This document shows positions 31,828-41,581 of a DNA stretch of 50,575 nucleotides, piece after piece. Made by a program: the position numbers and the translations under genes. The first letter of the stretch is position 1, and each line of letters begins with the position of its first letter. The stretch comes from a virus: the IMG/VR virus record IMGVR_UViG_3300045988_081930, one strand, 5' to 3'. The notes beneath the pieces are model-generated. The model did not search any database. It was given only the letters and a program-made list of their open reading frames with translations, and had not been told where the DNA came from.

Positions 31828-33273
31828 ATGGCTTACAAACATGGCGTTTATGTGAGTGAGAACGCAACGAGCCTGACCGCCCCTGTGACCGGCAATGCGG
31901 GCTTGCAGGTGGTGGTCGGCACTGCCCCCGTGAACACGGTTGCCGACCCGGCGGCTGCTGTGAACGCGCCTGTGCTGGTGAACAGCTATGCCGAAGCTGT
32001 GGCCGCTGTTGGCTACAGCGACGACTTTGCCAGCTATACCATGTGCCAGGCGATCAGCGCGGCATTTCAGGTGATCGGCTGCGGGCCGCTGGTGCTGATC
32101 AACGTGCTGGACCCAGCGAAGCACACCACCGCCGTGACCGAAAAGACGGCGCAGGTCAACAACAAGATCGCGGTTGTGGAGGAGAAGGGCATGCTGCTGG
32201 ACGGTCTGACCGTCAAGGGTGATGCCTCTGCCGTGCTAAAGGCCGGTGAGGACTACACCGCGAGCTTTGACGATGAGGGCAACCTGATGATCGCCCTGAT
32301 CGGCAGCAAGACGGCGACCACCCTGACCGTGAGCGGCAAGAAGCTGGACCCCAGCAAGGTTACTGCCGCCGACATTGTGGGAGGCGTTGACACGGCCACA
32401 GGCAAGGTGAGCGGCCTTGAAGCGGTGCAGCAGGTCTACCCGAAACTGGGCATGACGCCGGGCATCCTGCTGGCACCCGGCTTTAGCAAGGATGCCACTG
32501 TGGCCGCTGCCTTGCAGGCAAAGACAACGGGTATCAACGGAAGTTTCCGCTGCATCTGCGTGTGCGACGTGGACAGCGGCACGAGCGGTGCCAAGGTGTA
32601 CACCGACGTCAAGACCAAGAAGGAAGCAAGCGGGCTGAACGGCGCGAACTGCTACGCCGTGTGGCCCTGCGCCAAGGTTGGCGCGAAGGTGTACAGCGGC
32701 AGCGCCATTGTGGCCGCCGAGATGGCGTATCAGGATGCCAGCAACGACGATGTGCCCAACATGAGCGTGGACAACAAGGCTGTTGCGATCAGCGCTGCGT
32801 GCCTTGCCGACGGCACGGAGGTCTATCTTGACCAGGAGCAGGCCAACGTGCTGAACGGCGCAGGTGTTGGCACCTTCCTGAACCTGAACGGCTGGCGGTG
32901 CTGGGGCTCCAACACTGCCGCCTACCCCGGCAACACTGACCCCAAGGACCGCTGGATCAACATCCGCCGGTTTATGAACTGGGCGGCCAACACCTTTATC
33001 CTGACCTACACGCCGAAGATCGGCCAGGTGATGAATCGCCGCCTGATCGAGAGCATTGTTGACAGCGAGAACATCCGCGGCAACAGCTTTGTTTCCCGCG
33101 GGATCTGTGCTGCATACAGTATTGCGTTTATGGATGCCGACAACCCCACCACCGACCTGCTGAACGGCAAGATCGTGTTCCGCCAGAGCATGACCCCGTT
33201 CACCCCGGCGGAGGAGATCGACGATGTGATCGAGTTTGACCCGGATGCGCTGGCCGATGCGCTGGCCGGCTGA
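31828..33273 (+). CDS. Contractile tail sheath protein
   Basis: 481 aa; N-terminal AYKHGVYVSENATSL...VVVGTAPV, typical of sheath proteins; followed by the tube gene. Confidence 0.8.
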   Translation: MAYKHGVYVSENATSLTAPVTGNAGLQVVVGTAPVNTVADPAAAVNAPVLVNSYAEAVAAVGYSDDFASYTMCQAISAAFQVIGCGPLVLINVLDPAKHTTAVTEKTAQVNNKIAVVEEKGMLLDGLTVKGDASAVLKAGEDYTASFDDEGNLMIALIGSKTATTLTVSGKKLDPSKVTAADIVGGVDTATGKVSGLEAVQQVYPKLGMTPGILLAPGFSKDATVAAALQAKTTGINGSFRCICVCDVDSGTSGAKVYTDVKTKKEASGLNGANCYAVWPCAKVGAKVYSGSAIVAAEMAYQDASNDDVPNMSVDNKAVAISAACLADGTEVYLDQEQANVLNGAGVGTFLNLNGWRCWGSNTAAYPGNTDPKDRWINIRRFMNWAANTFILTYTPKIGQVMNRRLIESIVDSENIRGNSFVSRGICAAYSIAFMDADNPTTDLLNGKIVFRQSMTPFTPAEEIDDVIEFDPDALADALAG

Positions 33274-33293
33274 TGGCGAGGAGGTAAAGAGCG

Positions 33294-33818
33294 ATGATTT
33301 CTAACAACTACATCCCCGAAAAGGTAAACGACTACAACGTTTACCAGGACGGTAACAAGATGATCGGCCTTGCCGCCGAAGTGGAGCTGCCCAGCATCAA
33401 GATGAAAACCAGCACCATTGAGGGTGTTGGTGTTGGCGGCGAGATCGACAGCCCGACCATTGGGCAGTTTGAAAGCCTGGAAGCCAAGCTGAAGTTCAAC
33501 ACGCTGTATTCCAGCGCAACGGACCTGATGAACCCGCTGAACACGGTTAACCTGACGCTGCGTGCGGCCCAGCAGGTGTACGACAAGACCGGCGGCTATG
33601 CCTTTAAGGGCCTGCGCATTGTGATGGGCGGGCGCGTAAAGGAGTTTAACCCCGGCACCGTGAAGAAGGGCGACGCGATGGACGCCGAGACCACGCTGGA
33701 GCTGACCTACTACATGATCGAGGTGGATGGTGAGCAGGTCGTTGAGGTGGACAAGCTGAACGGCGTGTACAAGGTGAACGGCAGCGATATGCTGGCCGGT
33801 ATTGCCGCGCTGACCTGA
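33294..33818 (+). CDS. Tail tube protein (P2 FII-like)
   Basis: IPEKVNDYNVYQDGNKMIGLAAEVELPS...; 174 aa. Confidence 0.75.
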   Translation: MISNNYIPEKVNDYNVYQDGNKMIGLAAEVELPSIKMKTSTIEGVGVGGEIDSPTIGQFESLEAKLKFNTLYSSATDLMNPLNTVNLTLRAAQQVYDKTGGYAFKGLRIVMGGRVKEFNPGTVKKGDAMDAETTLELTYYMIEVDGEQVVEVDKLNGVYKVNGSDMLAGIAALT

Positions 33819-33849
33819 TGCCTGACGGGATGAACGGCGGGTAAAAGCG

Positions 33850-33939
33850 AGGCTGCCCCTCATCCGGCCCTGCGGGGCCACCTTCCCCCCCCAAGGGGAA
33901 GGCTTGGGGATGCGGGGCGTCGAGGACGCCGCCCCCTAC
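33850..33939 (+). repeat. Composite GC-rich repeat (M3 plus M1) after the tube gene
   Basis: GGCCC-tgcg-GGGCC at 33866-33879; CCTTCCCC..GGGGAAGG hairpin; M1 at 33914-33939. Confidence 0.85.
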
Positions 33940-34057
33940 AACGGGGGCTTTGTGTGGGTGGGTTAGGTGCCCTGCGTGAGGTGCGCAGGGTGGTTATAGT
34001 AAAACAGGCAGGGCCGCCCAGAGATGGGCGGCGTTTTTGAGCAGAAAGGACAAGACG

Positions 34058-34639
34058 ATGGACATTATCAAGCTGGCAAAGCCCTATGTGTTTGAGGGCA
34101 CGGAGTACGGCGAAATTGACTTGAGCGGCCTTGACAAGCTGACGGTGCAGGATGCCATTGACGCACAACTGGCACTGACGGGCCAGCCGGGCGCGGTGAT
34201 CCTGCCGGAGAGAAGCACGGCCTACATTGCAAGACTGTGCGCCAAGGCGGCGGGACTGCCCATTGAATTTTTTGAACTGCTGCCGGTGAGCGCGGCCCGC
34301 AAGGTGCGCGGTGCCTTTACCGAGTTTATGACGAGCGATGCCGACGAGGACACGGGCATGGTGCTGAAGCTGAAAGCACCGTACACCTACAAGGGCAAGA
34401 CCTACAAGGAAGTGGACATGAGCGGCGCGGCGGAGTTGACTGTGCTGGATATGGCGGCGGCGGAGAACGAGCTTGCCGCTGCGGGCCATGTGGCCGCAGA
34501 ACCGGCGCTGGACTACCTGTACTGCTGCCTTATGGCGGCACGCGCCAGCGGCATGGACAAGGCGTTCTTTACCGGGATGCCCCTTGCGGAAGCGACGCAC
34601 ATCAAGAACGCAATGAACAGCAACCGTTTTTTCGAGTAA
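34058..34639 (+). CDS. Tail assembly chaperone (gpE/G-like), zero-frame product
   Basis: Located between the tube and tape-measure genes; internal duplication (two similar halves). Confidence 0.65.
   Translation: MDIIKLAKPYVFEGTEYGEIDLSGLDKLTVQDAIDAQLALTGQPGAVILPERSTAYIARLCAKAAGLPIEFFELLPVSAARKVRGAFTEFMTSDADEDTGMVLKLKAPYTYKGKTYKEVDMSGAAELTVLDMAAAENELAAAGHVAAEPALDYLYCCLMAARASGMDKAFFTGMPLAEATHIKNAMNSNRFFE
34627..34633 (+). other. Slippery heptamer T_TTT_TTC for a -1 programmed frameshift; the extended chaperone would end at 34788
   Basis: The -1 frame is open from 34633 to the TAG at 34786-34788 (...ATMTSIEFYLKLPVRDFIEINNEVAAEWQKLRN). Confidence 0.6.
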
Positions 34640-34766
34640 AGGGCGGCGGCAAGGGACTGCGCAAATGCGCGGTGCGCCTTGCCGGGGCCACGATGACGAG
34701 CATTGAGTTTTACTTGAAACTGCCGGTACGGGATTTTATAGAGATCAACAATGAGGTGGCGGCAGA

Positions 34767-37700
34767 ATGGCAAAAACTACGGAATTAGAGCTTGCGATCA
34801 GGATTGCGGGCAAGGTTGACCCGAGCTTGCAGGCAGCGATCAGCCAGGCGCAGAAGCAGGTAAGCACGTTGAGCGCAACGCTGGGAACTAATGGCCGCGT
34901 CGGGCTGGCGGTCATGGGCGTTGGGCTGGCCGCTACGGTGAAGGGCATTGCGGACTGCACGACGGAAGCCGAAAAGTTTGAAAGCCAGATGGCGCCTGTG
35001 ATCCGCTATGTGGACGGCCTTGCAGACAGCATGGGCAATGTGAGCGACGCAATGGCCGAGAACGGCAAGACGTTCAAGCAGAACCGCGACGAGCTGGCAC
35101 GGTACATTCAAGACCTTAGCACAGAGATACCGCGTGACACCGAAAACCTGACGACCATAAGCGCCGCACTGGGCCAGAGCGGAAAGGGCGTTGACGAGCA
35201 GTTAAACACAAGCCTGCTGCGCGATACCGCAAAAGCTGCCACGGCCATGGACTTGGACGACCAGACCGCGGGCGAGTACATGGCGAAGTGGGAACAGGCG
35301 TTTACAAAGACGGACGCGAACGGGCGGGCCGTTACGGACGAGAACGGCAACGCGGTACACTACGACCACGACGACGTTATGCGGCTGATGAACCAGATAA
35401 ACTATCTGGGCGCTAACAACGCAACGACAGCTGCGGCGATCGCAAACAGCGTGAACCAGTCGGCATCCATCGGCCAGATGGCGGGCGTTGCCCCGGAGGT
35501 GACGGCGGCCATTGTAACGGCTATGCAGGCAAGCGGCGTTGCCGACGATAGAGTGGGCACGACGGTTTCCCGCATTTACACGAACATAAGCAAGGGTTCG
35601 AGCGCCACGAAGAAGCAAAAGGAAGCGTGGGCTGCGCTGGGATTTGATGCGGAAGATGTTGCTGCATCCATGCAGGAGGACGGTACGGGTACGCTGCGAC
35701 AAGTGTTTGCCGCAATAAACGCACTGCCGAAGGACAAGAAGGTTGCAACGCTAAATACGCTGTTTAACCAATGGGCCATTGAGGGCGGCGCGAAAATAAC
35801 AAGCAACCTTGACTTGCTGGACAAGACGCTGGGCGAAGTGCAGGACCCGGGAAAATACATGGGCAGCATGGAACGCGAGTTCATCATCAACGCGAGTACA
35901 AGCAAAAGCATTGGCGCTATGATGGCGAACGCAAAAACGGCGTTGATGCAGGATGTGGGCGAAGAGTTTTTGCCGGTAAAAAAGCAGTTCAGCCTACTTG
36001 CCATTGACGTGATGAACGGAATCCGGCACAACCTTCCGCAGCTGCAAACGCTGGCAAGCACGCTGGCCGATGTTGCGACGAAAGGCGTGACGGTGCTGGG
36101 CGATGCCCTGCAAAGCGCTATGCCATACATCCAGCAGGGGCTTGACTACTTGAACCAGAACGGCGAGAAGGTGGCAAAGATACTGGCCGGAGTGGCCGGG
36201 GCATTTGCCGCCATGAGCATTGCACCGCAGGCCGAGATGGCCGCCAAGGGCGTGGGCGGTGTGGTAAAGGGCGGAGCCGGGCTGTTTACGAACGCCGTAA
36301 GTAGCGTGAGCAAGGCAGGCGGCGGCATTGTGAAAACAGGCGGAAACCTGCTTGGCGGACTTGGAACGCTGCGCGACATTGTGGGCGCGGCAAACCAGGA
36401 CGCAGCCATGAACGGGAGCAGCACAACGAGCGTGCTTGCAAGGCTGGCAGTGGACAGCGCGGCGCAGACGAAGCCGGGCAAGGCGGTGGCGAGCGCCGGA
36501 AACTGGGCCGGAAGCCTGTTTGGAAACATAAAGGGATTTGCAAAGTCGCAGTGGAACTTGGCAAGTGGCATGGCAAATGGTGTTACCGCAGGCGTGAACG
36601 GGATAGGCAGCTTTATCAACAACATCATAAGCCCCGCTGCCCCGGCGGGTACAACGGCACTTGTTGCAGCTGCGCCGACGGCACTGACAGCGCCGGGAAC
36701 GGCCATGACAGCGGCACAGACGCCACTTAGCGACATGGGACTGCTGGGCGCTGTGATGAGCCGGGTGCGCGGTGGTGCTGCGGCAGCAGGACGGGCAGCG
36801 GGAAACCCACTGAAAAATGCGGGAACGCAAATCTTGCAGGGCGCAGGAGGAATGGCGGCGAGCGCAGCAGGCGGCGTAAAGACGCTTGTGACGGGCGCAA
36901 TGCCGTTTGTAGGCGCGTTCGGAGGGATCGCCTCGGCAGCGCTGCCGGTGGTGGCCGTGATCGGGTCTATTGTGGCGGCGGTGAGCATACTGGGCGACCA
37001 CTTGGACGATATACGCGGCATCATTGGAAATGTGTTTGGCGAGAACGGCGTTGCGGTGTTTGACAGATTTTTGAATACCATAACGATGGTGAAGGACAGG
37101 ATCGTTGGGATATTCAGCCCGGAAAACCTGGCGAGCGCGCGCACGGCGATTGTGGGGATGTTTGGTGAGAACGCGGGAACGGGCTTTGACAACATTGTGA
37201 GCATTGGGCAGAGCGTGATCGGCGTATTCCAGCAGATCGTGAATTTTGGTACACAGACCGTGAAGCCGATGTTTGAACAGGTGTTCGGATGGGTAAGCAC
37301 AACGCTGCTGCCGGGATTGCTGAATGCCTTTAACGCGATAGCACCGCAGATCGGGCCGCTGGTGACGAACATCGGAACGGCGGTGATGAATGTGGCAACG
37401 ATGATTGGAAACGCAATCCAGACGATCCTACCCGTTATTGAAAACATTGTGATGGTGCTGGTCAATGTGGTGGCAACGGTGGCACCGCCCATCATTGCGG
37501 CAGTATCGCAGATTTTTGCGAACATCTCCAACGTTGTGATGAGCTTGCAGGGCGTGTTTGACGGGCTGATCCAATTTATAACGGGGGCGTTTACCGGGAA
37601 CTGGGCGAGCGCATGGGAGGGCGTGAAGTCTATCTTTGGCAACGCTTTTTCGGCGCTGGTGGAGCTGTGCAAGGTTCCCATCAATGCGGTGATCGGAGTG

Positions 37701-38216
37701 ATCAACGGCGCGATCCGCGGAATCAACTCCATTGTGGGCGGCGGCGTTACCATCCCGGACTGGCTGCCCGGCGGAGGCGGAACATTCAGCCTGCACCTGA
37801 ACGAGATACCCATGCTGGCAAAGGGCGGCTTTACAGACGGCGTGAGCATTGCCGGTGAGGCGGGCACGGAGGCGGTAATCAGCTTTGACCCGAGTGTGCG
37901 CAGCGCCAACATTGCGAACTGGCAGAAGGCCGGACAAATGCTGGGCGTTGACCCGGTGCAGGCGGCCAGCGTGGCAGGCGCGGGAAGCCTGACGACGGAC
38001 CGCGTGGAGGTGGCCGACATTGGCGGCGGCTCCCCTGCCCCCGGCGGAACCACGGCGGTGGGCGGAGGCAGCTTTACGTTCAGCCCGAACATCACGATAC
38101 AGGGTAATGCCGACTACAGCGTGATGATGAACGCCATGACGGACGCGAAGGACCAGTTTGAACAGTGGTTCAACGAGATGATGCGCAAGCAGCAGCGCAC
38201 GGCCTACGCAAGGTAA
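34767..38216 (+). CDS. Tail tape measure protein
   Basis: 1149-aa ORF, A/G-rich with hydrophobic stretches, in the canonical position. Confidence 0.85.
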   Translation: MAKTTELELAIRIAGKVDPSLQAAISQAQKQVSTLSATLGTNGRVGLAVMGVGLAATVKGIADCTTEAEKFESQMAPVIRYVDGLADSMGNVSDAMAENGKTFKQNRDELARYIQDLSTEIPRDTENLTTISAALGQSGKGVDEQLNTSLLRDTAKAATAMDLDDQTAGEYMAKWEQAFTKTDANGRAVTDENGNAVHYDHDDVMRLMNQINYLGANNATTAAAIANSVNQSASIGQMAGVAPEVTAAIVTAMQASGVADDRVGTTVSRIYTNISKGSSATKKQKEAWAALGFDAEDVAASMQEDGTGTLRQVFAAINALPKDKKVATLNTLFNQWAIEGGAKITSNLDLLDKTLGEVQDPGKYMGSMEREFIINASTSKSIGAMMANAKTALMQDVGEEFLPVKKQFSLLAIDVMNGIRHNLPQLQTLASTLADVATKGVTVLGDALQSAMPYIQQGLDYLNQNGEKVAKILAGVAGAFAAMSIAPQAEMAAKGVGGVVKGGAGLFTNAVSSVSKAGGGIVKTGGNLLGGLGTLRDIVGAANQDAAMNGSSTTSVLARLAVDSAAQTKPGKAVASAGNWAGSLFGNIKGFAKSQWNLASGMANGVTAGVNGIGSFINNIISPAAPAGTTALVAAAPTALTAPGTAMTAAQTPLSDMGLLGAVMSRVRGGAAAAGRAAGNPLKNAGTQILQGAGGMAASAAGGVKTLVTGAMPFVGAFGGIASAALPVVAVIGSIVAAVSILGDHLDDIRGIIGNVFGENGVAVFDRFLNTITMVKDRIVGIFSPENLASARTAIVGMFGENAGTGFDNIVSIGQSVIGVFQQIVNFGTQTVKPMFEQVFGWVSTTLLPGLLNAFNAIAPQIGPLVTNIGTAVMNVATMIGNAIQTILPVIENIVMVLVNVVATVAPPIIAAVSQIFANISNVVMSLQGVFDGLIQFITGAFTGNWASAWEGVKSIFGNAFSALVELCKVPINAVIGVINGAIRGINSIVGGGVTIPDWLPGGGGTFSLHLNEIPMLAKGGFTDGVSIAGEAGTEAVISFDPSVRSANIANWQKAGQMLGVDPVQAASVAGAGSLTTDRVEVADIGGGSPAPGGTTAVGGGSFTFSPNITIQGNADYSVMMNAMTDAKDQFEQWFNEMMRKQQRTAYAR

Positions 38217-38229
38217 GGAGGCGGAGAGT

Positions 38230-38433
38230 ATGAGCTATACGACGATCAGCGGCGACACATGGGACGGCATTGCCAAGACGGTGTACGGCGCGGAGCGGTA
38301 TGCCGACTACCTGATGCAGCAGAATCCAACGAAGATCAACGTTTTCCGCTTTGATGCAGGGGTGGTGCTTGCCACCCCTGCCCTGCCGGAAGAAAAGAGC
38401 GGCTTTTTGCCGCCGTGGAAATTTGAGGGATAA
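38230..38433 (+). CDS. LysM-like tail protein (P2 gpX / XkdP-like)
   Basis: YTTISGDTWDGIAKTVYG...; 67 aa. Confidence 0.6.
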   Translation: MSYTTISGDTWDGIAKTVYGAERYADYLMQQNPTKINVFRFDAGVVLATPALPEEKSGFLPPWKFEG

Positions 38434-38436
38434 GCT

Positions 38437-39810
38437 ATGGCAACGAGCGTAAAGGCAAGGCGCACCGAGATCAGCCTTTGGTACAACAGCACGCCGGTGA
38501 GCGACGAGATCGGGCCGGATGTGGAGAGCCTGACCTACACGGACTGCGCAAGCGATGCCTGCGACAGCATTGACATTGCGGTAAACGCACGGGACGAAAA
38601 ATGGCTGAACAGCTGGTGGCCGCAGCAGGGCGCAACGCTGCACCCGAAGGTAACGGGGCTTGACTGGAACCTTGAAAATGACCGCTGGGATATGGACTGC
38701 GGCCTGTTCATACTGGACGATGTGCAGTACGGCGACGCGCCGGGAAGGCTGTCTTTGGGCGGCGTGAGCAAGCCTGCACAGACGGATTTCAGCGAGCAGG
38801 AACGGACTGATATATGGAAGAATACCAGCATACAGCGCATCGGCGCGACGATTGCCGGGCGGTACGGGCTGGGGTTTGCCTATGACGGGGACGACCACGA
38901 CATTGAAAAGCGCGAGCAGAACGAAAGCGACAGCGAGTTTTACCAAAAGCTGTGCAAGGACTATGGACTTGTGCTGAAGGTGTACGCAAACAAGCTGTGG
39001 GTATATGACCGAGAACGGTACAAGGGAAAGCGTGCCGTGCAGGATGTGCCGCGCACGGCCATGAAGCCGGGCAGCTTTACCTACACAGAGACGCTGGCCG
39101 GGACCTACACCGGCGGCACATTTGCCTACACCGACCAGGACAAGGACATAGACATTACGGCCAGCGTGGGCGGCGGAAAACGCACCAAGAGCCTGAACCA
39201 GTATGCGAGCAGCGTGGCGGATGCCGCGGCGCAGCTGGTGGCAGCCTTGAACGATGCCAACCACGGCAGCCGGAAGATCAGCTTTACCATTGGTGGCAAC
39301 TTTATCATCTTTGCCGGGAACAACGTGCGGATCGAGGGATTTGGGCCGAAGATCGACGGCAAGTATTTTGTGGACAAAACCACGCGGACGATTGACCGCA
39401 ACGGATTCAGCTGCAAGATAGAGGCCAGCGGTATTGACGACCCGTTTTATGCGTGGCAGGTGGGCGGCAGCATAAAGATACACGAAAAGAGCGCCAGCGA
39501 AACGGCCACGAAGTACGACAGCACCTACGAGACGACGAAGCCTGCGGCCAGCGCCGCCAGCACAACGGCAGCGGCCAGCGCGGGAACGACAGCCGGAACC
39601 GGCGGACGCGCCGTGAGCCTTAAAAACTGCCCGCTGTATTACACGAGCGTGGCAAAGACCAAGAGCAACACGGTGAGCGGCACCTATTACCTGTACGACG
39701 GAATCCTTGTGGCAGGGCGCTACCGCATAACGAACACGGCAGCACGCTGCGGCAAGCTGCCGGTGGGCAAGAACGTAACGGGCTGGGTGGACGCAAAGTA
39801 CATCAAGTGA
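38437..39810 (+). CDS. Baseplate hub / late-control gpD-like protein (XkdQ-like)
   Basis: 457-aa ORF after the LysM protein; position-based, plus an SH3-like C-terminus. Confidence 0.6.
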   Translation: MATSVKARRTEISLWYNSTPVSDEIGPDVESLTYTDCASDACDSIDIAVNARDEKWLNSWWPQQGATLHPKVTGLDWNLENDRWDMDCGLFILDDVQYGDAPGRLSLGGVSKPAQTDFSEQERTDIWKNTSIQRIGATIAGRYGLGFAYDGDDHDIEKREQNESDSEFYQKLCKDYGLVLKVYANKLWVYDRERYKGKRAVQDVPRTAMKPGSFTYTETLAGTYTGGTFAYTDQDKDIDITASVGGGKRTKSLNQYASSVADAAAQLVAALNDANHGSRKISFTIGGNFIIFAGNNVRIEGFGPKIDGKYFVDKTTRTIDRNGFSCKIEASGIDDPFYAWQVGGSIKIHEKSASETATKYDSTYETTKPAASAASTTAAASAGTTAGTGGRAVSLKNCPLYYTSVAKTKSNTVSGTYYLYDGILVAGRYRITNTAARCGKLPVGKNVTGWVDAKYIK

Positions 39811-39821
39811 GGTGATGCAGG

Positions 39822-40868
39822 ATGGCAACGGCACCGCAGGTGCGGACAGGCCGGGTAAGCAGCATCGACTACAAGCACGGCACCTACGAGGTGGTGTTTG
39901 CTGACCGCGCAAGCGTGAGCTGCACCATCAATGCGCAATCCAACGGCGAATACAAAATGCCGGAGATCGGGCAGACGGTGAGCGTCACGATGAACGGCAA
40001 CGGAACCGTGGCGGGTGCAACCATGGGTACGGTCTGGAACGCAAGCAACAAGCCTGCCGAGGGGTACAAGGGATTGTACCGCAAGGAATATGGCCGGGTG
40101 AACGGAGACAGCTACGAGCGGTACGACGCCAACACCGGCGAGTACACGCAGTATTGCCGCACGAAAACCGGGCGCAATTCCAACGGCGTGATCTATGACG
40201 AGTGCAAGGGAGCTTACACGGCCAGGAGCGGCGGCGCTATGACGCTGCGCAGCACCGGGGCCAGCGTGGGCATTACCGCAGCCAGCGGCGTAGGAATAAC
40301 CGCCGGTGCGGCGGTGGACCTGCAAGCAACGACTTATGCCAGCGTGACAGCGGGCACGATGTACAACGTGGAGTGCGGCACGGACTACACCATGACGGTG
40401 GGCGGAAAAGGCACGGTGGAGATCAAGGGAGCCTACTTTGAAAAATGCCTTGCCGCGAGGCGGCTGAAGGTGGACGGCGCGGACACAGAGAGCTACAACG
40501 GCGTGATCCAGCGGTACTACAATGCGAAGCTGACCGAAAAGGTAAGCGCAGATTGGAAGGTGACGGTGGAAGCGAATGTTGAGCGCGAAGTGACAGGCGA
40601 TGTAAAGCACACAGTGACCGGCGACACAACGCAAACCCTGACAGGCAACGTAACACAGAACATTGAGGGCGATGTGACCCAGACCGTGAACGGCAATGTG
40701 ACGCTGACGGTGGGCGGTGCGGCCATTACGATAAGCAGCGGCGGAGATGTGAGCGTTAGTGCGCCGAACGTGACGGTTGATGGTGCCGCCGGAGATGTGA
40801 AGGTGGACGGGGTAAGTCTTGTACACCACAAGCACAAGGACGGCGGACAAGGTGAGCCGGAGAAGTAA
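39822..40868 (+). CDS. Baseplate central spike (gpV-like) with beta-helical repeats
   Basis: VRTGRVSSIDYKHGTYEVVF OB-like N-terminus; VTGDVKHTVTGDTTQTLTGNVTQNIEGDVTQTVNGNVTLTV repeats. Confidence 0.65.
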   Translation: MATAPQVRTGRVSSIDYKHGTYEVVFADRASVSCTINAQSNGEYKMPEIGQTVSVTMNGNGTVAGATMGTVWNASNKPAEGYKGLYRKEYGRVNGDSYERYDANTGEYTQYCRTKTGRNSNGVIYDECKGAYTARSGGAMTLRSTGASVGITAASGVGITAGAAVDLQATTYASVTAGTMYNVECGTDYTMTVGGKGTVEIKGAYFEKCLAARRLKVDGADTESYNGVIQRYYNAKLTEKVSADWKVTVEANVEREVTGDVKHTVTGDTTQTLTGNVTQNIEGDVTQTVNGNVTLTVGGAAITISSGGDVSVSAPNVTVDGAAGDVKVDGVSLVHHKHKDGGQGEPEK

Positions 40869-40880
40869 GGAGGCGGCAGG

Positions 40881-41270
40881 ATGATCGGAACACTGGGAAG
40901 CGTTGTTTTTAGCGTAAGCAGCAACCGCGTACTGACACCGACAGGGATCAGCGGAACCAGCGGCAGCGATTGGGGTAGCCATGACGTTGTGCACGGAAAG
41001 GTACGCAGCGAGTGGGTGGGACCGAAATGTAAGACCTACAGGTTTGACATGACGCTGCGGGCGCAGGACGGCGTGCCGCCGCGCCGGACGCTGAACCAGC
41101 TGCAGCAGATGGCGGAGAGCGCCAACGCCTACTACTTTGTGCTGGGCGGCCAGCCGATGGCAGACAACCCGTTTAAGATCACGAGCCTTAGCGACGAGTG
41201 GGGCGCGGTGCTGCACGGCGGGGCGCTGATCGAGTGCAAGGTGAGCGTGGAGTTGGAGGAATACTTATGA
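40881..41270 (+). CDS. Tail/baseplate protein, P2 GpU-like pattern
   Basis: 129 aa; G..VF.V...W..H.V.GK...E.VGP...F.M.L pattern. Confidence 0.45.
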   Translation: MIGTLGSVVFSVSSNRVLTPTGISGTSGSDWGSHDVVHGKVRSEWVGPKCKTYRFDMTLRAQDGVPPRRTLNQLQQMAESANAYYFVLGGQPMADNPFKITSLSDEWGAVLHGGALIECKVSVELEEYL

Positions 41271-41581
41271 TCGACACCGAAAACACAGAGATCATTTTGC
41301 AGGCGGGCCGGGCCGACGACAGCACCGCCGCCGATGTGCAGCGGTGCTTGAAGATGCTGTACAGCGCACACCCGGGAGAGCAGGCGCTTGACCGGGATTT
41401 TGGCATAGACCGGGAACCGCTGGGACTGCCCATGAGCAGCGCCAAAGCCCTGATGGCCGCCGAGTTTGTGGCAAAAACAGCGCGGTATGAGCCGAGGGCA
41501 CGGGTGCTGCGGGTGGACTGGAACGAAAGCAATTTAGCCGAGGGAATCTTGATACCGAAGGTGGTGGTAGAAATTGTCTAA
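41267..41581 (+). CDS. Baseplate wedge protein (gpW/gp25-like)
   Basis: 104 aa, ATGA-coupled, upstream of the J-like gene. Confidence 0.6.
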   Translation: MIDTENTEIILQAGRADDSTAADVQRCLKMLYSAHPGEQALDRDFGIDREPLGLPMSSAKALMAAEFVAKTARYEPRARVLRVDWNESNLAEGILIPKVVVEIV

